This document shows, one piece after another, positions 57,907 through 64,000 of a stretch of 64,000 nucleotides of DNA; within the stretch, counting starts at the first letter, position 1, and each line of letters opens with the position of its first letter. The DNA comes from a phage, in the NCBI GenBank assembly GCA_028030915.1, contig GCA_028030915.1_4867.1; one strand, written 5' to 3'. The notes under the pieces are model-generated. The model worked only from the letters and a program-made list of their open reading frames with translations. It made no database searches and was not told the DNA's origin. The position numbers and the translations under genes are program-made.

Positions 57907-58094
57907 GGCTTTACCCTCCGACAGAAGATCGCACGTAATAGTTTGAAGAACCCAGAATCGTAATACGTTTCCGGAACGGTTTGTACTTCGGGGAACTTAG
58001 GCGGAGTTGGACGGTGGGTCATTACGTTTTCTCCTTGCGGCAAAAACAAGGGCGCGCCAGATAGCTTTCATTAAGGCAGCAAACCAATTCTGTT

Positions 58095-58712
58095 TCATTT
58101 GCACATCCCCAACTTAGCCACGTAGTCTGGCATTTCCTGATAGACGCGGCCATACCAGCCGTAAGTAAACTCTTCGTTATCCTCACGCCCTTCACTGATT
58201 TCCGTGTAGTACGCAACCTGATGACAGGTTAAAGCGAACATCAGTCGATTCAGGCCCTCTTCCCCACGGGCTTTGATGAAGCCTTCTAACGCTGTTAACG
58301 TACGTGGCCCGATACCACCATCGGCATCGATATCATCGTATAGTTTACCCTGACGGTTTAATACGTTCAGAATACGTTGCAGGGACTTGATACAGTTACC
58401 GCGTCCTGCGTTAATGCCGAAATCAAACATTCGGTCAGCTAGCAGGACATTCATTTTCATAATCTGGTCTAAACGCATCCGTTGCCACCAGAGTTTGTTG
58501 TAGATGTCTAACGCGGTTTCTAGGCTCAGGTCACGCATATCCCCTTTATAGCCATATTCACGCGCAGTGAGTTCAGTGACACCACGGTTCGTTGCTTTAC
58601 CCAAATCTTTCGGGTTATTAACGTAACCGGCTTCGATGTTTACTTTGGCACGAATAATGCCCTCTTTACTCCAACGATCGACCACGATAACCTCCTGCGT
58701 TGATAGGGTCAT
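58095..58712 (-). CDS. endolysin-like muramidase (GH108-like N-terminal domain plus peptidoglycan-binding domain)
   Basis: EAGYVNNPKDLGKATNRGVT matches the GH108 signature; C-terminal DADGGIGPRTLTAL is PG-binding-like; start set at the Met just after the upstream hairpin. Confidence 0.6.
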   Translation of the reverse strand: MTLSTQEVIVVDRWSKEGIIRAKVNIEAGYVNNPKDLGKATNRGVTELTAREYGYKGDMRDLSLETALDIYNKLWWQRMRLDQIMKMNVLLADRMFDFGINAGRGNCIKSLQRILNVLNRQGKLYDDIDADGGIGPRTLTALEGFIKARGEEGLNRLMFALTCHQVAYYTEISEGREDNEEFTYGWYGRVYQEMPDYVAKLGMCK

Positions 58713-58746
58713 AAAAAGAAAGCCTCTTCCCCGTGGGGAAGAGGGC
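58713..58746 (-). terminator. intrinsic terminator hairpin (CCTCTTCC...GGAAGAGG) with A-run on the plus strand
   Basis: Inverted repeat immediately downstream of the 58791..60968 gene and upstream of the endolysin start. Confidence 0.4.
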
Positions 58747-58790
58747 ATGGGTTATTCTCAGGCTTTAACCCCGTCAAGTTCCTCGTTAAA

Positions 58791-60968
58791 TTATGATAAC
58801 GATTTCTTTGGCCGCTCCCACGGTTTAGGGGCGGATTTGGTATACGGATTACATTCCATCATCTTGCCGAGATACGCATCGTAATACACGAAGCGATCGA
58901 CATAGAACTTCTCCACCGGTGCACTACTGGTAGCCGATTTCACCCGGTTGCGTTCCACAGCGAGGTTAATCGTCCCGGTAGGCGCGGGTTTTAGCGTGAA
59001 CATCACCGCACGGTTGTAACGCCAAGTGTCGTGCACAATATCAAACTCCGATACACTGTGTGCCATGATACCAAACAATGTGGTGCTCGGTAAATTGGCT
59101 ACAGCATCACCGTATGGTGTTCCCACCAAACCGCCGGGTATGTTTTGCTTTTTGAACAGCGTACCTGAAATAATCGTACCTAAGAACTCCACAACTACAG
59201 GCTTGGTTGGGTCGGTGACTTTATCTATCCCATCCGCACTGGCCAGTCGATTGGCATCTAAAACTGCGAGGTAGTCGAGGAACTCTTGGTACTCGTCGGT
59301 AACATTCGGTTTCACCGTTCCGACGGATACCCAGTTGACGATACTTTTATTCCCACCGACAGCTTCGCCTGCCATCCCAGGGCGAGTCCATGACATCCCG
59401 TCTTCACGACCGTAGACATAGACTGGCGAGCCGGTAGCCGGGGTGTTCCATTGCTCGAACGCTGTATATCGTCCCGGCTGGCCCCAATCCCCACCCGGAC
59501 CGCCATAGTAGCGACTCTGGTAGCCGGTAAATTGCGCGACGACTAACTGGGTAGCACCGCCTTTGTCACGGGACCCAGCTAAGCCGTTACGGTTATTGGT
59601 GCCGCTGGGCACCGCCGCGCCTGGCCCGAGAGGCGCACCACCAGCTCCACCGATCTTGGTGGTGCTAAACGCATAGTAGTCGCCCCCACCCCCACCTCCG
59701 GCGATGGTGCCGTAGTTTTCGATGGTGACTTTGCCACGGAAGGCATCGGTAATGTGGATTGCGTCAGCTCCGTCTGCTGATGTGTTCGCAGGCAGAGAAT
59801 AGACCATACCCGAACCACCACGACCAAGAATGGTTCCCCGGTTAACGAAGTTCCAAACCACCTCGCCAATTTGCGGCAATTCGTCGATAACGAACGTCGG
59901 TTTCAGGTTGCTGTCGCGATAAACGAAAGCCCCTGCATCCACGGTCACGTTAACAAACAAACGCCCGCACGCCGCATGGTTGGTCAACGTCGTGGCCCAG
60001 TAGCTGTCCGAAACTTGCGACGTAGTTGTGTAGTTCAGGTTAAGGGTTTGCTCGTTATCTTGATAGCGTGCCACATTCAACGTGGCACTGCCCATGACTT
60101 TGTACGAACCCTCCACGGGTGCCAATTGCACTTGTCTTGGCCACTCGCCTGCCAAGTTCTCTACAGGAGCAATTTCGTTTACATCAAAAACACTCCGAAT
60201 GCCGAGTGTCTCGATGGCCAGAGCATCGTGCAGGCTACCGGTGAAATCATCCGGGACGTATGTGGTTTTGCCTGCATATGTCTCGAGTTTGTTACGTGAA
60301 AAGAACACATACTTCGTTCCAAACATCCCGCTCCCCGGTCTAGCGGTCAAAGCCACGACGCTGTTATACGCAGAGGTTTGGCCTATATCCTCCGGGGACA
60401 TCGGGGCGCTGACATCGACTTTATCAAGATCCACGATCCGTTTGGCTGCATTAGAGTAGAAGTTAATCCACTGCTGTTTATTCGCAGCCTTTAACGTGAG
60501 AATGATATTGGTAACAGTGTAGACGGTGTTGATATCCACGTCGCCGTTTATCACATCTAGCGTTTGGCTGCCGTACCAGACAAGACTTGTCTGTTTCGCC
60601 TGGAACGTGATGCGCGCAGCATTGTTTGTCCAAGTGATAGGCAGGTCTTCAAAGTCGTCGGTTAAAAAGGTAATCCCCAGTAAAGTGTCTAAATGCGGCA
60701 ACAGTTCGTGAATGGATGCACAAGTGGGAATGGCATCCAACTTAACCTTAGCGAAATAATCAGCAATATTTTGCTTCGTGACTTGGGCCGTAATTTGACC
60801 GTAATTTGAATACCCCGGACCCCCTGTCAGTGTGACGTCTAGGGTTTTTTCGTCACGATGCGCCACGGACACCAGGCGTACGTTAGCGGGGTCTACTGCT
60901 TTGGCGACCGCGTTTTTACGGTTGAGCGACCGAATCACGGTCGCCACTAAATCAGGAGTGTAGGACAT
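58791..60968 (-). CDS. tail fiber/receptor-binding-like protein (725 aa) with Gly-rich segment
   Basis: Gly-rich IAGGGGGGDYY...GGAGGAPLGPG; C-terminal motif PYTKSAPKPW shared with the next gene. Confidence 0.5.
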   Translation of the reverse strand: MSYTPDLVATVIRSLNRKNAVAKAVDPANVRLVSVAHRDEKTLDVTLTGGPGYSNYGQITAQVTKQNIADYFAKVKLDAIPTCASIHELLPHLDTLLGITFLTDDFEDLPITWTNNAARITFQAKQTSLVWYGSQTLDVINGDVDINTVYTVTNIILTLKAANKQQWINFYSNAAKRIVDLDKVDVSAPMSPEDIGQTSAYNSVVALTARPGSGMFGTKYVFFSRNKLETYAGKTTYVPDDFTGSLHDALAIETLGIRSVFDVNEIAPVENLAGEWPRQVQLAPVEGSYKVMGSATLNVARYQDNEQTLNLNYTTTSQVSDSYWATTLTNHAACGRLFVNVTVDAGAFVYRDSNLKPTFVIDELPQIGEVVWNFVNRGTILGRGGSGMVYSLPANTSADGADAIHITDAFRGKVTIENYGTIAGGGGGGDYYAFSTTKIGGAGGAPLGPGAAVPSGTNNRNGLAGSRDKGGATQLVVAQFTGYQSRYYGGPGGDWGQPGRYTAFEQWNTPATGSPVYVYGREDGMSWTRPGMAGEAVGGNKSIVNWVSVGTVKPNVTDEYQEFLDYLAVLDANRLASADGIDKVTDPTKPVVVEFLGTIISGTLFKKQNIPGGLVGTPYGDAVANLPSTTLFGIMAHSVSEFDIVHDTWRYNRAVMFTLKPAPTGTINLAVERNRVKSATSSAPVEKFYVDRFVYYDAYLGKMMECNPYTKSAPKPWERPKKSLS

Positions 60969-60982
60969 GGTGACACCTTAGT

Positions 60983-62302
60983 CTATAGCGGTGGATACCA
61001 AGGGACCGGGGCGGTTTTGCTATATGGACTGTAGACCATATAGCCGCCTTTGCTTGGGTCGTAATAGATGAAATAGTTACAGTAATTCGAGTAGAGGCTC
61101 GTCAATTGTTTGGATTGGTATCCGTTACGGTATAGTCCCTGGTAAGTAATAGCCGATGTCGTGGTGGTGTAAGCAGTGTGGTACAGTACCCGACGCCGGT
61201 TAGCAATACTTTCTTGGAACATCTCTTCGGTCGGAAACGCGTGTTGCATCAGCCGTCGAATACTCCCGGTACAGTATCGAGTGCCATACGGGGAACCCGT
61301 TAAATCATCCATTGTTTCAGGCGCTTCCGCCCGAGTCAACACGTACTCGTTTTGATACAACGTGACGCTCATCGAATTTGAGCTGGTTTCCCGGAACCTC
61401 ATGTAACGCGCATAACGTTCGACGTCCTCTTCCTGCGCCAAATAGGCCACGTTATTTTTCGGACCAAAGTGCAAGAAGAACGGACGGCGGAGATTACCCA
61501 TATCCTCAGGTGGCGTCAACTTCACGCAGTAATTGTACTCCCCACGCATATCAGGGTCTAAGCCTGGGTTGTTATTGCGTGTAGCGACATACCCATAGAG
61601 GTCATACGGGTTATCGGTAGCAGCATTACTGATGGTGAACGGGATGCCAGACCATGCCGACAGCGCCGCGATAAACTGGGTCATGTACGAGTTACTGTTT
61701 AGTCGCAGCGGGGTACCCATTGGAATATTGATTATCTGTTGGGTGTACATGCTCCAGTCGAGTCGATAGACCGTGCTGTAAACATCCATGGGTTCCCAAG
61801 CCCCGGTTTCGGTGGTGTGGTACAAGTCGGCAAAGCTGGGCTCTTCACGAATAAAGCTAATAGGAATGTGACCCGTGAATGCGGGGTTATCCGATTTAAT
61901 CGCCACCGTCCGATCGCCCGTTGCCACAGTGATCATTGCAAACTGGCTGTCGGGATACGTTAAATCGTCAGCAGTAAGCACCAACCCACATGCTGCGGAA
62001 ATCCGGTCGATGATGTCGCGGTAGACCGTCGCCCGATAAGGTACTTTAACCGGTACGCTGACGCCTTTAAAATACTGCGAAAGGTTTAAGCGGTCGTAGT
62101 AGATGTCCATCTTACCGCTGTAACCGCCACCCTGTAATCCGTTTACCACTATACGGCTGTTGCGGCCATCGCGCAAGGCATTGGTTAAAGGACCTTGTAA
62201 TAACGCCACGTTGGTTGCGTTGAGTGGTTTCTTGAGCTGCGGGTTATCACGATTAATCTGATCCCAAACCAGCTGCATGACAGGTTTGTTATAGTTGATC
62301 AT
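60983..62302 (-). CDS. fiber-like structural protein (439 aa), paralogous C-terminus
   Basis: C-terminal YSPYSKTAPVPWYPPL resembles PYTKSAPKPWERP of the downstream protein. Confidence 0.5.
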   Translation of the reverse strand: MINYNKPVMQLVWDQINRDNPQLKKPLNATNVALLQGPLTNALRDGRNSRIVVNGLQGGGYSGKMDIYYDRLNLSQYFKGVSVPVKVPYRATVYRDIIDRISAACGLVLTADDLTYPDSQFAMITVATGDRTVAIKSDNPAFTGHIPISFIREEPSFADLYHTTETGAWEPMDVYSTVYRLDWSMYTQQIINIPMGTPLRLNSNSYMTQFIAALSAWSGIPFTISNAATDNPYDLYGYVATRNNNPGLDPDMRGEYNYCVKLTPPEDMGNLRRPFFLHFGPKNNVAYLAQEEDVERYARYMRFRETSSNSMSVTLYQNEYVLTRAEAPETMDDLTGSPYGTRYCTGSIRRLMQHAFPTEEMFQESIANRRRVLYHTAYTTTTSAITYQGLYRNGYQSKQLTSLYSNYCNYFIYYDPSKGGYMVYSPYSKTAPVPWYPPL

Positions 62303-62310
62303 TGCAACGT

Positions 62311-62347
62311 CCTAAAAAAAGAAAATAGGCCCTGAAGGGCCTATTTT
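62311..62347 (-). terminator. intrinsic terminator (ATAGGCCC-TGAA-GGGCCTAT) flanked by A-run and T-run
   Basis: Perfect inverted repeat between the 62481 and 60983 genes. Confidence 0.5.
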
Positions 62348-62480
62348 TAGCTGCTATGGTGAAGTACGCTATCCCTTTAACTCCAGCTGATTCGACCTGC
62401 GTGTTGGGGATTATCCCGCTGAATGAGCCGACACAACAGCTCAAGTGCAGTGGATGAGTAAAACCCCATATTAGCTCCTG

Positions 62481-63383
62481 TTAGCTAAGAACCAATTCGA
62501 TAACGTGGACTACCGACGCGCTATCGGTCGAATAGGTATACGATGGTGAGTCTGGTGAGTTGCTGCGATAGTACCAGGCGTTGTAGATGTCACGACCGTT
62601 GGCAAACAATGTTGCGCTTGAATCGGTTGGACTACCGCCGGAGCGCATCGGTAAGTCGCCAAAACGTCTTACGACGCCCGCGTACCGGAACAAGCTTGCG
62701 AACGTGTTGTGCCACTCGCCGTCTTGAAAATAACCACCGCTGCTTAGGTAGGTGCTGTGCCCATAACTGTAGTCTCCGAGTCGAGGCAAGCGTACCACAT
62801 ACTCGTAACCGTCTTTATTAAATGTCCGACGCTGGTTAGTGGTAGTGACGCCCCCTGGCGGGAAACCGTAGTCATCTGTTCCCCAGGCCAGACCTTGCCG
62901 GTATTGTTCTTCCCACGTCGTCCCTAAACGGGTCACCGTGTCAGGAATGAACAGAATGCGTCCTTTGAAAACGAATTTATGGAACAATGTTGGAGCTTGG
63001 TTCCAGGCATTAAAGCCAATTAAACCATTCAGCTCGGCATGGTTAAGAATAAATTCTTCGTTTGTCAGTGTGCCAAAGTAGCCACGATGCCAATCGCCAC
63101 GAATAAGTTCCTGTGGGCCGGGCCCTGTCATTGGAAAGTCGCCCTGTACAATCGGCAGCCCCATAACCTTTTCAGTGCCCTTTACCGCCACGATGCGATA
63201 TTGATACGTTTTATACGCCTCGGTGGTCGTGTCCTCGTACGTCGTTGTGTTACCTGGTAGTGTTACAATAGGTTCCCCCGGTGCCACTGGGTTAACACTT
63301 TGTCTAGGGTTGTCGTAACGATAGATTTCAATGGAATCTAAAGTCTGACCTGGCTGTTGTTTCCAGTTTAAGATAATCGACAT
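62481..63383 (-). CDS. structural protein with N-terminal fibronectin-III-like domain (300 aa)
   Basis: N-terminal beta-rich pattern IILNWKQQPG...IEIYRYDNP...TYQYRIVAV; C-terminus VIELV shared with the next gene. Confidence 0.45.
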   Translation of the reverse strand: MSIILNWKQQPGQTLDSIEIYRYDNPRQSVNPVAPGEPIVTLPGNTTTYEDTTTEAYKTYQYRIVAVKGTEKVMGLPIVQGDFPMTGPGPQELIRGDWHRGYFGTLTNEEFILNHAELNGLIGFNAWNQAPTLFHKFVFKGRILFIPDTVTRLGTTWEEQYRQGLAWGTDDYGFPPGGVTTTNQRRTFNKDGYEYVVRLPRLGDYSYGHSTYLSSGGYFQDGEWHNTFASLFRYAGVVRRFGDLPMRSGGSPTDSSATLFANGRDIYNAWYYRSNSPDSPSYTYSTDSASVVHVIELVLS

Positions 63384-63386
63384 GTT

Positions 63387-63989
63387 TTACTCCACTAACT
63401 CGATAACGAATGCGTACAAACCGACCTTCTCAGCACTATCAACTAACGTAACTTGGGAGAGGTTACGTTTCGACGTATTGGTTATGCTTGAATCGATAGG
63501 CGCAGACCCGCGAACCAGAACTAATCCCGATTCAGGATCACGTTCTTGGCACAAGAAACCTTTGCCTTGGTAAGCGCTACCGCTCCCATAAATGGACGCT
63601 GGACTAATATTAGTCCAGTTAGGGAGCATTTGTTTGTTAGGGATACATTCTCCGAACGGATAAACAAAATCGTTATATTCGCAGCGACCATATTCCAAGT
63701 CATCATGGTCTGCGTTTCGCAACGATTCATCCAATGTCATTACTGTCGGTTCGTCCCCGTCGGTTAAACCGCGCAGCAATCGCATCCGATAGGTGTCGCC
63801 TTGCCATTCAAACAACCCACTCTGGTCAACACCTGCCAAATCCCCACGTCCGTTATCAGGACCAAATCCATCAACACCGTACACAAGCCCCGCGTTATAA
63901 ATGTCATTCCACGAGTAAAGTGTAGAGTTAAATCGTCCGCCGCTGTTCATCATGTAGTAAACTTTACCATGACGATAAAACTTGTTCAT
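63387..63989 (-). CDS. structural protein paralog (200 aa), C-terminal VIELV
   Basis: ORF in track; shares the C-terminal motif and internal similarity with the 62481 protein. Confidence 0.4.
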   Translation of the reverse strand: MNKFYRHGKVYYMMNSGGRFNSTLYSWNDIYNAGLVYGVDGFGPDNGRGDLAGVDQSGLFEWQGDTYRMRLLRGLTDGDEPTVMTLDESLRNADHDDLEYGRCEYNDFVYPFGECIPNKQMLPNWTNISPASIYGSGSAYQGKGFLCQERDPESGLVLVRGSAPIDSSITNTSKRNLSQVTLVDSAEKVGLYAFVIELVE

Positions 63990-64000
63990 GATTAGCGTGC

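Noticed and set aside
58022-58216. 64-aa minus-strand ORF overlapping the 3' end of the endolysin gene
   Set aside because: Lies in another frame inside the endolysin coding region. The real small ORFs appear to be the 50-aa and 30-aa frames at 57814..58022, which have RBS.
1-64000. tRNA, rRNA, CRISPR array, integrase or transposase
   Set aside because: No cloverleaf-like conserved tRNA stretches found in the few intergenic gaps, no direct-repeat/spacer arrays, and no recombinase-type motifs seen; the only repeats are coding (Cys repeats) or terminator stems.

Overview
This 64 kb window reads as a segment of a large virulent tailed-phage genome: densely packed, mostly minus-strand genes separated by stereotyped intrinsic terminators, with no rRNA, tRNA, CRISPR or integrase signal that I could see. 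All calls rest on motif reading of the supplied translations; no database search or HMM was run. Recognisable modules are: (i) a replication/recombination set (UvsX/RecA-like recombinase, SbcC/Rad50-like ATPase with CxxC zinc hook, RNase HI fused to an unknown C-terminal domain, DEDD-type exonuclease); (ii) cell-wall and lysis functions (SLT-like transglycosylase, GH108 muramidase with peptidoglycan-binding domain, M15 peptidase, DUF1353 protein, lipoproteins); (iii) a plus-strand block of four tail-fiber-like proteins (1237, 1376, 1742 and about 400 aa) that share an N-terminal domain and carry His-x-His fiber motifs; (iv) a second, minus-strand set of fiber-like paralogs. The most unusual locus is 49.9-55.3 kb, directly downstream of the fiber genes: three paralogous small proteins with conserved leader-like N-termini and cysteine-rich period-4 repeat tails (about 21, 20 and 4 Cys), followed by an unknown 295-aa protein, two radical-SAM enzymes (one with a SPASM-like Cys-rich C-terminus) and two further unknowns. 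This architecture resembles a RiPP (thioether-peptide-like) biosynthetic cluster embedded in a phage structural region. Other notable items are a TARG1/DarG-like macro-domain protein (candidate anti-defence ADP-ribosyl hydrolase), a tandem array of four secreted Cys-containing small proteins, and a BhsA/DUF1471-like mini-gene.
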